From sequence record SRR31156797_886: a stretch of DNA of 64,000 nucleotides; one strand, 5' to 3'. Below are positions 17,820 through 28,138 of the stretch, in pieces. The notes beneath the pieces are model-generated. The model made no database searches. It was given only the letters and a program-made list of their open reading frames with translations, and had not been told where the DNA came from. The translations under genes were made by a program, and so were the position numbers. Every line of letters starts with the position of its first letter. The first letter of the stretch is position 1.

Positions 17820-20800
17820 TTATTTTGAAAAATATTTTATTTCAGATGCTTTTCGATTGTATTTCAATACATTATTTAAATGTTCGAGTTGAATTTGAAT
17901 GGCTGTTTCGTAACTGCTTACAAACTGGAAAAAGTTGATTTCCCCCAATTCATAAGTTTTTATTGCTGTTTCCATGATCTCGTTCATCAGGGGCTCTCCC
18001 GACGAATAATAATTATCAAGCAATGCTTTAAACTTAAGCTGCTCGCTCAGCAACTGGCTTAATTGATTGTTAATGATACTTATTTGGTTTGCAACAGATA
18101 ATTGTTTGGCGTTTGCCGAAAGTTTTGCGGCATTTATTCTTGCTTTTGAGTTCCCATAAAACAATGGTAAGGCAACACCCACCTGGAATCCGTGATAGTA
18201 CTCACTATTCTGGTATGGGTTAGATCCCAAAAAATAATTGGCAGATAAATCAGGTAGCATCCTGTTTTTTTCGACACGAATGAGGGAATTAAAATAATCA
18301 GCCTCATTTAGTAATACATCAAAAACGGGCAACGAATTGGGTATTTCCTTTACTTCGGGCAATGGCTCAATAGCTGCAGGAACAATAAAATCACCCTCGT
18401 AGTTCATCAGCACCTTCAATCGTTTATACGCGTTTTCAACATCAATATTCATTGCGTTTAACTGTATTGAAGCCTGATTTTTCTTTGCTTTTATGTTCAT
18501 TACTTCAAGGTGGCTGATATCCCCTTTTTCGGCTCTTTTTTCCGCATTGGCAGTTAGCTCATTGTAAAGGCTGTCGAGTGTTTGAAATAGTTTTTGCTTG
18601 CTCTGGAGGCTTTGATAGTGGAAATAGGCATAAGAAACATCTTTCGATAAGGTGTTTTTATGATTATTCAACATTGCTTCGGCCAGGGTTACCTGAATTT
18701 GTTTGGCTTTATTTTTTACCGAATAAAAAGTTGGAAAACTAAAGCTTTGCTCCACCCCCCAAACCCTTAGGGGATAACCATTTTCGGCTATATTGTTTTG
18801 ATCATAGTCATAACTAAAAAGCGTTTTACCGGGTGCAAAAGCAGTCTTTTTTAATACTTTGCTCTCCTCAACATTCAACACATAAGCAGCAATTTGCTTA
18901 TTGTTTTGCAGGGCGGTATCAATGGCATCGTTCAATTTCATTTCGGGACGTTGCCCAAAAGCAAAAATGGTTGGGATACCAATAAGCAGCAGCGTAATAA
19001 CCGTTTTGGAACGCACAAAGCGCAACGGGAAAAAGCGGATACCTTTTACATTATAAAATATTTCGTAGAGCAGCGGCAGGGCGATCATGGTTAGCAATGT
19101 AGAAGTAATGAGCCCGCCAATTACCACGGTAGCAAGGGGTCGTTGCACTTCGGCTCCGGCACCTGCTGAAATAGCCATGGGCAAAAAACCCATGGCATCG
19201 GTTGTAGCTGTAAGCAATACCGGTCGCAACCGGTTTTTGGTTCCGGTGAGTATCAAATCACGCATGTTTGTCATTCCCTGGCGCTGCAACTCCTTAAAAT
19301 GTTCAATGAGCACTATGCCGTTGAGCACCGCAATACCAAAAAGTGCAATAAAGCCAACCCCTGCCGAAACGCTAAAAGGCATTCCCCTGATCCAAAGGAG
19401 AAAAACACCACCTACCGTGGCTAAGGGTATAGCGATAAAAATCATAAGGGCATCTTTGAATGATTTAAAGGCAAAATGCAGAAAAATAAAAATCAACAGT
19501 AAGGCTACCGGAACAGCGTACATTAAACGATTGGTTGCACTTTGCAAATTTTCGAACTGGCCGCCGTATTCAATATAATTGCCAGCTTTTAATTGTATGT
19601 TCTCATCAATTAAGTCTTGAATATCCCGGATAACAGATTCCAGGTCGCGGTTGCGCACATTAATACTCACTACCACCCTGCGGCGCGCATTATCGTGCGA
19701 AATTTTGGCCGGACCTTTTGTATATTCAATTTCAGCCAGTTCACTTAAAGGAATCATTCGGCCGCTGGAAATCGGTACCTGAAGTTGGCGAAGGTCATCA
19801 ATATCCGTTCGGTTTTGTTTGCTGAGCCGCATCACCAAATCGAAGCGTTTTTCGCCCTCAAAAATTACACCGGCTTTTGCTCCGCCAAATGCCGCAGACA
19901 AGGTGGTATTCAATGTTTGAATATCCAGGCCGTAATAGGCTATTTTGCTTCGGTTGTAGTTCACCCTAATTTGGGGCAAACCTTCGGTTTTTTCCACAAT
20001 CACGTCGCTTGCTCCCGGCACATCGGCAATAAGGCTTTCTATTTCACGCGCTTTTTGATTGATATAATCCAGGTCTTCTCCAAAAATTTTAACCGCAATG
20101 TCAGCTCGCACACCGGTAATTAATTCGTTGAAGCGCATTTCGATGGGTTGTGTAAACTCATATTCCACGCCGGGGATAACTGAAAGGGCTTCCTTAAATC
20201 TTTCGGCCAGTGCTTCTTTGCTGTTTGCCGATGTCCAGGTATCCTTGGGTTTTAGCTTAATAATCATATCAATTTCTTCCATCGACATGGGGTCGGTGGG
20301 TACCTCGGCAGCACCAATGCGGCAAACAATCTGTTCAACTTCATCGGGAAAATTATCTAATAAAATGTTTTCCATTTGAGTTGACATTTCCACCGTTTTA
20401 GAAAGGGATGTGCCGGTTTTTAATACCGGTTGTATTACAAAATCGCCTTCATCGAGTGTGGGAACGAATTCGCCGCCAATGCGCGTAAAAACAAAACCCG
20501 TAGCGATCAGAGAAAAAATGGCTGCCCCAAGCACTATCCGCTTATGATCACACGCCCACTTAATCACCGGATAGTACGACTGATAAACTTTGTCCATAAG
20601 CCAATCGGAAATCGTGCGCTTTTTTGATTTGGACGGTTTTAAAAAAAGTGATGATGCAACCGGTATCCAGGTAAGCCCCACGATCATGGCACCAATGATG
20701 GCAAAAGAAAACGACAAAGCCATGGGTTGAAACATTTTACCTTCAACGCCACTTAGCGCAAGAATGGGAATGAAAACAATAAGAATGATCACCTGCCCAA

Positions 20801-22163
20801 AAATCGCCGATTTCATCATGCTGGAGGCCCCTGAGATTGAAATTTTATCCAGAATGGATTTGCGTTTATCACCCTTACTTGATAAAATTTCATCTTGTTG
20901 CAAGCTCATCTTTATGGCAATATACTCCACTATAATTACCGCCCCGTCAATGATAATCCCGAAATCAAGTGCACCCATACTCATCAGATTCACATCGATA
21001 TCAAAAATGTACATCATCCCCAGTGTAAAAAGCAATGCCAGCGGTATTGTTGATGCTATTACCAGTGCCATGCGCCAGTTTCCCAGAATCAATACAACCA
21101 CCAACAACACAATGATAGCTCCAAAAACCAGGTTTTCCACAACGGTTGAAGTGGTTTTGGATATCAATTCACCTCTTTCTAAAATGGGATTGATAAATAC
21201 GCCTTCAGGTAAGCTTTCCTGTATTTCCGCTACTCTTTCATTTACTTCATTGAGTACATCTCTTGAATTGGCATTTTTCAGCATCATTACCTGGCCGAGC
21301 ACTGTTTCGCCCTTGCCATTGGCCGTAATAGCACCAAAACGATTGGCATGACCGAATGTAACATTTGCCAAATCTTTGACCAAAACAGGTGTGCCTGCAT
21401 TGTTTTTTACCACAATATTTTCAATATCCTCCAGGGTTTTTGCCTGGCCATCACCACGTATAAAATAACTTTGGTTGGTTTTTTCGATATATGATCCACC
21501 CGAAATGCCATTATTGTTTTCGAGCGCGATAAACACTTCCATTAAACTAATGCCAAGGCTGTTCACTTTTTCGGGAACAACCGCCACCTCATATTGCTTA
21601 AGGTAGCCGCCCCAACTGTTAATTTCAACCACACCATTGATGCCCGACAACCGCCTTTTGATAATCCAGTCCTGAATGGTTCTTAACTCCATAGCGGAAT
21701 ACTGATCCCGGTATTCAGGTTCCACATCAACTATGTATTGGTAAATTTCTCCCAGTCCGGTGGAAATGGGCCCCATTTCGGGTGCCCCATACGCTTCGGG
21801 AATGCTGGCCGATGCGGTTTTAATTTTTTCGGCAGTTAGCTGCCGGGGCAGATAGGTTCCCATGCTTTCTTCAAAAACCACCGTAACCACCGAAATTCCA
21901 TATTTAGAAATTGAGCGTATTTCTTTAACGCCCGGCAGGTTGGCCATTTCCATTTCAACCGGAGTGGTAATAAACTGCTCAATTTCAGGGGTGGATAAGT
22001 TGCCGGATGTAGTAATTACCTGGATCTGATTATTGGTAATATCGGGAACCGAACCAATGGAAATATTTAAGGCAGCGTAAAGTCCAAATGCAGCGATGGC
22101 AAGCGTAAATAATATGACGATGAGTTTATTTTTTACGCTAAAATCTATGATTTTATCTAACAT
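17820..22163 (-). CDS. czcA: CusA/CzcA heavy-metal RND transporter fused to a C-terminal TolC-like domain
   Basis: Motifs VPDITNNQ, GPISTGLGEIYQY, DFGIIIDGAVIIVE (proton relay), GAEVQRPLATVVIGG, plus about 400 extra residues resembling an outer-membrane efflux protein. Confidence 0.92.
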   Translation of the reverse strand: MLDKIIDFSVKNKLIVILFTLAIAAFGLYAALNISIGSVPDITNNQIQVITTSGNLSTPEIEQFITTPVEMEMANLPGVKEIRSISKYGISVVTVVFEESMGTYLPRQLTAEKIKTASASIPEAYGAPEMGPISTGLGEIYQYIVDVEPEYRDQYSAMELRTIQDWIIKRRLSGINGVVEINSWGGYLKQYEVAVVPEKVNSLGISLMEVFIALENNNGISGGSYIEKTNQSYFIRGDGQAKTLEDIENIVVKNNAGTPVLVKDLANVTFGHANRFGAITANGKGETVLGQVMMLKNANSRDVLNEVNERVAEIQESLPEGVFINPILERGELISKTTSTVVENLVFGAIIVLLVVVLILGNWRMALVIASTIPLALLFTLGMMYIFDIDVNLMSMGALDFGIIIDGAVIIVEYIAIKMSLQQDEILSSKGDKRKSILDKISISGASSMMKSAIFGQVIILIVFIPILALSGVEGKMFQPMALSFSFAIIGAMIVGLTWIPVASSLFLKPSKSKKRTISDWLMDKVYQSYYPVIKWACDHKRIVLGAAIFSLIATGFVFTRIGGEFVPTLDEGDFVIQPVLKTGTSLSKTVEMSTQMENILLDNFPDEVEQIVCRIGAAEVPTDPMSMEEIDMIIKLKPKDTWTSANSKEALAERFKEALSVIPGVEYEFTQPIEMRFNELITGVRADIAVKIFGEDLDYINQKAREIESLIADVPGASDVIVEKTEGLPQIRVNYNRSKIAYYGLDIQTLNTTLSAAFGGAKAGVIFEGEKRFDLVMRLSKQNRTDIDDLRQLQVPISSGRMIPLSELAEIEYTKGPAKISHDNARRRVVVSINVRNRDLESVIRDIQDLIDENIQLKAGNYIEYGGQFENLQSATNRLMYAVPVALLLIFIFLHFAFKSFKDALMIFIAIPLATVGGVFLLWIRGMPFSVSAGVGFIALFGIAVLNGIVLIEHFKELQRQGMTNMRDLILTGTKNRLRPVLLTATTDAMGFLPMAISAGAGAEVQRPLATVVIGGLITSTLLTMIALPLLYEIFYNVKGIRFFPLRFVRSKTVITLLLIGIPTIFAFGQRPEMKLNDAIDTALQNNKQIAAYVLNVEESKVLKKTAFAPGKTLFSYDYDQNNIAENGYPLRVWGVEQSFSFPTFYSVKNKAKQIQVTLAEAMLNNHKNTLSKDVSYAYFHYQSLQSKQKLFQTLDSLYNELTANAEKRAEKGDISHLEVMNIKAKKNQASIQLNAMNIDVENAYKRLKVLMNYEGDFIVPAAIEPLPEVKEIPNSLPVFDVLLNEADYFNSLIRVEKNRMLPDLSANYFLGSNPYQNSEYYHGFQVGVALPLFYGNSKARINAAKLSANAKQLSVANQISIINNQLSQLLSEQLKFKALLDNYYSSGEPLMNEIMETAIKTYELGEINFFQFVSSYETAIQIQLEHLNNVLKYNRKASEIKYFSK

Positions 22164-22235
22164 CCCAAATTATTTTTTTTTCAAGGTTTCTCTTTTTTAA
22201 AAGAAAATTAAGAATTCATTTCACCCATAATCCTG

Positions 22236-22243
22236 CAAAGGTA
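22236..22243 (-). promoter_or_regulatory. -7 promoter element upstream of czcA
   Basis: TACCTTTG (TAnnTTTG) on the minus strand, about 70 bp upstream of the ATG. Confidence 0.45.
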
Positions 22244-22315
22244 ACAGTTTTACAAAGGATTGAAAGCGAAAAAAGAGTGCCCCTCTGCTGCGCAACGTCC
22301 TATAAACAAAGCAAA

Positions 22316-22445
22316 TTGACTAGTCAACTATCACGGGGCAAGCCCACAAGGCATACAGGTGAATAAACTTAATAAATCCGGAGCAAGCTTCGGGGAATTA
22401 AACCTGACTCTTCGGCCGCCGAAGCGGAACGCGAAGGGGGATTAA
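22316..22445. repeat. Cluster of palindromes/hairpins (REP- or IS200/IS605-end-like remnant)
   Basis: Palindrome TTGACTAGTCAA, then hairpins GGGGCAAGCCC, CCGGAGCAAGCTTCGG and CTTCGG-CCG-CCGAAG. Confidence 0.5.
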
Positions 22446-22520
22446 ATATCTATGTGGTTTTATACGCCCGCTACCACAAATGGCCGGGGCAGGCTGTGGC
22501 TATTTTTTAGCAGATGAAAT

Positions 22521-23330
22521 TTATTCTGATCTCATATCCTCATTGTTATCACCAATGCCTGTATTACAAATGCAGAATCCATTTCCTACCTCCCATCCCG
22601 AATTGAAAATTTCATCATAAAGCTCCTGGGAAATGTATTGTGGGGTGTAGATCATTTCCTGAAAATCGAGGTGTGCGGTAAAAGCACGCATATGATTTCT
22701 GGAACCACGGTACAATTGCTCGATGGCATAGGTAATATCAGCATTGTCAACATCATTTTCCAGATGTCCAATTAAATCCCAGATATCAACATCTTCGATG
22801 GTTGCACCTACCACGAGGGCGTCCTGGAATGATGCTGAACCTTGTTCAATGAGTGCATCGTACAATACCTGGATGTCAGGATTCTCGAAAATTCCTTGTT
22901 CATGTCCGGCACCTGGATCAGGGAGGTTATATTTCTCGAGCAGGGCCTGCATAGAGGTAGAGTGGATAAATTCACTATTGGAAATGTTGTTGAATACAGG
23001 TACGTTGTACAATTCATACATAGCCACATAAACATCATGTGCGAGGAATTCTTCCTCACGCACATAATTAAGGGTGGCAATTTCTGATTCGGAAAGTTCT
23101 TCAGCGGGTAAGCTGTTGATACAATCATAAATACATTCGATAATTTCTTCCACGCCCAGCGTTTCCATTTCCTGGTTCATGGCTTGTTCAACCGGGCTTA
23201 CAAAGCTCATTGATAAAGCTTTAAGTGAGGCGGCTGTGGGGGCGTTCTGAGTTTTGTTGCACTGTACGAGTGCAATTACTGTGAAAAGAACAACAGCAAT
23301 TGTGAGTGATTTGAGCATTAATTTTTTCAT
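22521..23330 (-). CDS. DUF2202 ferritin-like domain protein, probable lipoprotein
   Basis: Start at MKKLMLK (23330) with lipobox-like LVQC. Motifs REEEFLAHDVY, FNNISNSEFIH, GATIEDVDI and GSRNHMRAF. Confidence 0.85.
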   Translation of the reverse strand: MKKLMLKSLTIAVVLFTVIALVQCNKTQNAPTAASLKALSMSFVSPVEQAMNQEMETLGVEEIIECIYDCINSLPAEELSESEIATLNYVREEEFLAHDVYVAMYELYNVPVFNNISNSEFIHSTSMQALLEKYNLPDPGAGHEQGIFENPDIQVLYDALIEQGSASFQDALVVGATIEDVDIWDLIGHLENDVDNADITYAIEQLYRGSRNHMRAFTAHLDFQEMIYTPQYISQELYDEIFNSGWEVGNGFCICNTGIGDNNEDMRSE

Positions 23331-23599
23331 CCGTTTTTTTTTTACGATTTGTGATGCAAAACTACAGGCAAACAAAAAACAGGACGTTACAAAATTTAAT
23401 GAAAATTGTATAATATTTTCCATTGGTTTTATATTTCATTCTTTTTCAATGTTTTAGCCTTTACCCTTTCGGCGGCCAAAATTTTTCCTAAATCAGCATT
23501 GCAGTACAACAATAATTTAACGAAAATTAGCTTAATACTTTTTGATGTGTATCTTTGGCACACATTGAATTATTTAAATATTTAACACGATCTAGATTT

Positions 23600-26500
23600 A
23601 TGAAGAAAATACTCGATGCACTCTTTTCAATGCAGCTCACCGTGGTACTGTTGATGATGTTTGCACTCTCAGCAGCCATGGCAACATTTGTTGAAAACGA
23701 TTTTGGAACCATTGCCGCCAAGGCAGCTATTTACGATGCTACCTGGTTCGAGGTTTTGCTTGGATTTCTTGGATTAAACCTCGTTGGGAGTTTGATTGTA
23801 AATAAGCAGTGGAAACGCAAAAAATATGCGCTCTTTTTGTTTCATATTGCTTTTCTGGTTATCCTGGTTGGCGCCGCAATTACGCGATTCATCAGTTTCG
23901 AAGGTATGATGCATATTCGCGAAGGAAGAACATCAGGCGAGATTATATCGACCAACACATACATCACAGCCTCTTTTGATGATGGAAAACACAAATTCAG
24001 TGAGCAGCAAAAAGTTTTACTTTCGTCTTACGCCAGGCAATCACCTGACTTTACCCTTGATACACCGGAAGGGGAATTTGAGATCGAAACCGTTGGTTTT
24101 ATCCCAAATGCCAGTTTGGTTATCTCTCCCGTTCAGAACGGCAGCCCAATCGTATCACTATTTGCCATGACTACCTCCGGAAGGCAAACCATGGTTTTAC
24201 GGGATGGTGAAAGCAAAACACAGGGGAATTTCAGCATAGGGCTGAATACCGGCCTCTCTCAACCAAAACTTGTAAACCTGACGGTTGAAAACGATACCCT
24301 GTACATCTCAGCTACTGATACGATAAATATTATTGTAATGGGTTCGGAGGTAAATACGTTTATTGAGCCCGGACAAAAACTGCCGCTTCAACCGATGCAG
24401 CTTTACTCGATTGGCGAAAACCGGATTGTACTCCGCAGTTTTGAACCCAGCGGTGATCTGTGGCCTGCACCTTCCAACAATCAAATGCAGCAAGGTTCCG
24501 GATTGGATGCCGTAATTTTTAAGGTAACCCATGGCAACAAAACCACCGATGCTTACACCCTTGGAACAAGGGGACTGGTTGGTGATGAAACTACCACCGA
24601 TATTAACGGACACAAAATTGGACTGGCATATGGTGCCGTACCAATTGATATCCCTTTTGCCATCCGCCTCAACAAATTTATCCTCGATCGCTATCCGGGT
24701 TCAGAAAGCCCTTCGTCGTATGCCAGCGAGGTTACCCTGATTGATGCAGACCGCGGCGAAGAGTTTGACTATCGAATATTTATGAATCACATCCTTAATT
24801 ACCGGGGCTACCGTTTTTACCAGTCATCCTACGACACTGATGAAAAAGGCACAGTGCTCTCTGTAAACCACGATGGCATTGGCACAATCATATCCTACAT
24901 CGGATATGCACTGATGGCTTTTGGGATGATTTATGCCCTGATTTCAAAAAGGTCGCGGTTCAGAAATATCCTGAATATGATCACCAAAACAAGGAAAGAA
25001 AAAATGAAGATGCTCTCTTTCATCCTGATTTTGGTGGGGTTATTTCCACTCAATAACCTGCAGGCCCAGGAGAAAAAACTGATTAACGGCGTTACGGTTG
25101 ATGTAATTGACGAGGACCATGCCGCAAAATTTGGTGAACTGATCGTTCTCGGGCCCGGCAACAGGCTGGAACCCATGAACACCCTTAACGGGAAATTCCT
25201 GCGAAAGTTTGTTGGCAAAAGCACATTTGAAGGCCTCACCGCCGATCAGGTTGTGCTGGGAATTCTTGCCGATCCTGAAACCTGGCAAACAACACCCCTG
25301 CTAAAGATCAAAAACAAAAAACTCAGAGATCAACTCAACATAAACGGGAATTATGCTTCATTTAGCGATTTCTTCAATTTCAATCGGGAAAACAACTACC
25401 TGATTGGTGATGCTGTGCGAGAAGCCCACCAGAAAAAAAGCATGGACCAAACCAAGTATGACCATGCTTTAATTAAAGCCGATGAAAAGGTCAACATTTT
25501 TTACCTGATCTTCACGCACAGCTACCTGGAGTTTTTCCCAAACACAAACTCGCCTGAAGAAACGTGGTATGCACCGGCTGATAAGATTACAGGCATGTCG
25601 GAAAACGACAGCAACTTTGTGAAAAATGTGATCCCGATGTATATCGAAACGCTGCGTCAAGCTGCAAAAACCGGCAACTATGCACAGGCTGATGAAATCC
25701 TTTCGGGGATTGATATGTACCAGCAAAAATATGCTGCCAATATTTTGCCCTCTGAACGGAAACAGAATATCGAAATCATCTACAATAAATTCGAGATTTT
25801 CGAGAAACTTTACAAATATTATGGTATGCTCGGGCTGTTGTTCCTCATCATAATATTTGGTAACCTGGTATCTCCTAAATTTAAAATCGGGATACTGAAA
25901 AAAGTGCTCTCAGGGATCATTGTGATTTTATTTGTTTTTCAAACCCTGGGTATCGCTGCACGCTGGTATATTTCAGGACATGCACCGCTCAGCAATGGCT
26001 ACGAGTCGATGATATTTATTGCCTGGGCAACCATGATTGGAGGTCTTTTGCTTGCACGGAGGTCCAGCATTGCGTTGGCGGCTACCACGATATTATCATC
26101 GCTTACGTTATTCGTGGCCCACCTCAACTGGATGAATCCTGAGGTAACCAACCTTGTTCCGGTGCTAAAGTCTGTTTGGCTCACCATTCATGTGGCCATT
26201 ATAACTTCGAGTTACGGATTCCTTGGCATGGGGATGATCCTCGGACTATTCAACCTGTTCCTAATGATCTTTCAGAACAAAAACAATCTTAAATCCTTCA
26301 ATCTGACCATTAAGGAAATTTCGCTTACCGCTGAAGCAACGATCACGATCGGTTTGTATATGCTTACCATCGGGACGTTCCTGGGTGGTGTATGGGCAAA
26401 TGAGTCGTGGGGACGCTATTGGGGCTGGGATCCGAAAGAAACCTGGGCATTGATCACCGTGCTGGTTTATGCAGTTATTGTCCACCTGAATTTTATTCCG

Positions 26501-26758
26501 GGCGTGATGGGCAGGTATGTTTTTAATGCGCTGGCAGTAATTGGGTTCAGCTCCGTACTGATGACCTATTTCGGGGTGAACTATTACCTCTCAGGTTTAC
26601 ATTCGTATGCCGCCGGCGATCCTGTTCCGATTCCAACTTTCGTTTATTATACCATAGCAGCACTGCTGGTGATCCTGGTTTTTGCCTACATCAACAACTT
26701 TAAGATGAAGACTTTGATGGATCAGATGAAGCGGGGTGGTGAAGAGGTTAATGGTTAA
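23600..26758 (+). CDS. ccsA: Cytochrome c biogenesis system II fusion protein CcsBA (ResB-ResC)
   Basis: WWD motif WANESWGRYWGWDPKETW, plus GHAPLSNGYE, WLTIHV and SGLHSYA. ResB-like N-terminus (FLFHIAF, MNHILNYRGYRFYQSSYD). Confidence 0.93.
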   Translation: MKKILDALFSMQLTVVLLMMFALSAAMATFVENDFGTIAAKAAIYDATWFEVLLGFLGLNLVGSLIVNKQWKRKKYALFLFHIAFLVILVGAAITRFISFEGMMHIREGRTSGEIISTNTYITASFDDGKHKFSEQQKVLLSSYARQSPDFTLDTPEGEFEIETVGFIPNASLVISPVQNGSPIVSLFAMTTSGRQTMVLRDGESKTQGNFSIGLNTGLSQPKLVNLTVENDTLYISATDTINIIVMGSEVNTFIEPGQKLPLQPMQLYSIGENRIVLRSFEPSGDLWPAPSNNQMQQGSGLDAVIFKVTHGNKTTDAYTLGTRGLVGDETTTDINGHKIGLAYGAVPIDIPFAIRLNKFILDRYPGSESPSSYASEVTLIDADRGEEFDYRIFMNHILNYRGYRFYQSSYDTDEKGTVLSVNHDGIGTIISYIGYALMAFGMIYALISKRSRFRNILNMITKTRKEKMKMLSFILILVGLFPLNNLQAQEKKLINGVTVDVIDEDHAAKFGELIVLGPGNRLEPMNTLNGKFLRKFVGKSTFEGLTADQVVLGILADPETWQTTPLLKIKNKKLRDQLNINGNYASFSDFFNFNRENNYLIGDAVREAHQKKSMDQTKYDHALIKADEKVNIFYLIFTHSYLEFFPNTNSPEETWYAPADKITGMSENDSNFVKNVIPMYIETLRQAAKTGNYAQADEILSGIDMYQQKYAANILPSERKQNIEIIYNKFEIFEKLYKYYGMLGLLFLIIIFGNLVSPKFKIGILKKVLSGIIVILFVFQTLGIAARWYISGHAPLSNGYESMIFIAWATMIGGLLLARRSSIALAATTILSSLTLFVAHLNWMNPEVTNLVPVLKSVWLTIHVAIITSSYGFLGMGMILGLFNLFLMIFQNKNNLKSFNLTIKEISLTAEATITIGLYMLTIGTFLGGVWANESWGRYWGWDPKETWALITVLVYAVIVHLNFIPGVMGRYVFNALAVIGFSSVLMTYFGVNYYLSGLHSYAAGDPVPIPTFVYYTIAALLVILVFAYINNFKMKTLMDQMKRGGEEVNG

Positions 26759-26799
26759 TTTGTTAACTGTTAATCGTGGTAAAAATCAATAGTTGAAGC

Positions 26800-26833
26800 A
26801 AAAAAAAAAAAGAGGCCTTGAGCCTCTTTTTTT
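26800..26833. terminator. Bidirectional intrinsic terminator
   Basis: A-tract-GAGGC-cttga-GCCTC-T-tract between convergent genes. Confidence 0.85.
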
Positions 26834-26856
26834 ATTTCTTGAACTTTACCGGGTAA

Positions 26857-27189
26857 TTAATAATCCTGCCCGTTTTTGGATTTGCCCTTGATGATAAAGT
26901 GATAAACCAGCAGTGAGATCCCACCAAACAGGAAAGTCATTGATATGTAGGCTGTTTCTTCCTGCATACTTGTAGCCTCAGCAACAAAGTTGCCAATTAA
27001 AATACCTAAAGCTACCCCTACCAGTAACAAGCCAAACTTTAATCCGCTGTTTGAATCTTTGTCCATTTTAAGCATTTTCGCATCTGCGCCATGCTGGATG
27101 AGTGTTTTCTTAATGTTTCTGTCGGCGATTACCCAAACAATACCGAAGATAAAAAGGAAAAATCCCAAAGGAACTAGTGTGCCTTCCAT
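26857..27189 (-). CDS. Small membrane protein (DUF6249-like), divergent from an ECF sigma factor
   Basis: Three hydrophobic segments, LKFGLLLVGVALGILIG and FLFGGISLL motifs. Context next to an ECF sigma gene is typical. Confidence 0.75.
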   Translation of the reverse strand: MEGTLVPLGFFLFIFGIVWVIADRNIKKTLIQHGADAKMLKMDKDSNSGLKFGLLLVGVALGILIGNFVAEATSMQEETAYISMTFLFGGISLLVYHFIIKGKSKNGQDY

Positions 27190-27238
27190 GATAAATTAGT
27201 TTTTATGGTTAAACAATTATTTTCGATTCACCCGTTTT

Positions 27239-27264
27239 GACGTTGGTTTTTTGAACAGGTTACA
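27239..27264 (-). promoter_or_regulatory. ECF-type promoter for the DUF6249-like gene
   Basis: Minus strand reads TGTAACC-N15-CGTC, a near copy of the motif before the sigma gene. Confidence 0.8.
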
Positions 27265-27533
27265 AAAAATTATTTTGCGATGTCATACTTGCGCTCAAGT
27301 TTGCAAAGTTTTTGGTAAAAACCGTTTTTGTGACATCGCTAATTTGTTGGTTTTACTTTCGTATTTCATTGTAGCTAAAAAACCGTTTCGAGGTTTTCAA
27401 TTGATATCATTACCAGCACCTGATTTTTGATTTGTTTACCGAAAGTTGCTGAAGTGATATCCTCCCTGTAATTCTGCATGTAATTTAGTATCATAACCAG
27501 TAGGAATGACATCCATTAATTTTTCGCGATATT

Positions 27534-27559
27534 TGTAACCTGTGAACAACCGCAACGTC
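27534..27559 (+). promoter_or_regulatory. ECF-type (autoregulatory) promoter of the sigma/anti-sigma operon
   Basis: TGTAACC-N15-CGTC ending 11 bp before the ATG at 27571. Confidence 0.8.
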
Positions 27560-27570
27560 AAAATCTACAG

Positions 27571-28134
27571 ATGACATTCAGGGACGACAGCTTTTACATC
27601 CAACGGATAGCAAAAGGTGACAATACAGCGTATGCTGCATTGGTGGACAAGCATAAACAATTGGTGTTTACTATCGTTGTTAAGATTGTACGTAACCGTG
27701 AAGAAGCCGAGGAAGTGGCCCAGGATGTTTTTATGAAAGCGTTTAAAGCTTTAAGTTCTTTTAAAGGCGACGCCAAATTTTCAACCTGGCTTTACCGGAT
27801 TGCCTACAATGCGGCTATCTCGCAAAGCCGGAAAAAGAAGCCGGTATTCTCTGCCATCGATGATGAAATGATCGACAACTTCACCACAGATAAAATCAAT
27901 AGATCGGTGAATGAACTGGACAGGGAAGATCAGATTGCGGCAATGAACGAGATTATGGAGCAATTACCGGAAGAAGAGAATTTGTTGCTAACTTTGTTTT
28001 ATAAAAAGGAAAAATCGATTGAAGACATCGCTGAAATAACCGGTTACTCACAATCAAATGTGAAAGTGAAATTGTACCGGATTCGTAAACGGATGTACGA
28101 CGACCTGAAAAAATATCTGGATAAGGCAGAATAA
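27571..28134 (+). CDS. ECF RNA polymerase sigma-70 factor
   Basis: Region 2 AEEVAQDVFMKAF...FSTWLYRIAYN and region 4 SIEDIAEITGYSQSNVKVKLYRIRK. Confidence 0.95.
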   Translation: MTFRDDSFYIQRIAKGDNTAYAALVDKHKQLVFTIVVKIVRNREEAEEVAQDVFMKAFKALSSFKGDAKFSTWLYRIAYNAAISQSRKKKPVFSAIDDEMIDNFTTDKINRSVNELDREDQIAAMNEIMEQLPEEENLLLTLFYKKEKSIEDIAEITGYSQSNVKVKLYRIRKRMYDDLKKYLDKAE

Positions 28135-28138
28135 TAAC

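Noticed and set aside
17820-19000. CzcA-TolC fusion and missing czcC as a novelty
   Set aside because: Long CusA/CzcA proteins with a fused TolC-like domain are common in Bacteroidota.
26746-26776. GTTAAT-like heptamer run at the ccsA stop
   Set aside because: It is a short degenerate AT-rich run of about four units with no supportable function.
27277-27339. 9-bp inverted repeat GCGATGTCA / TGACATCGC between the ECF promoters
   Set aside because: Short arms with a 45-bp spacer cannot be distinguished from chance without comparative data.
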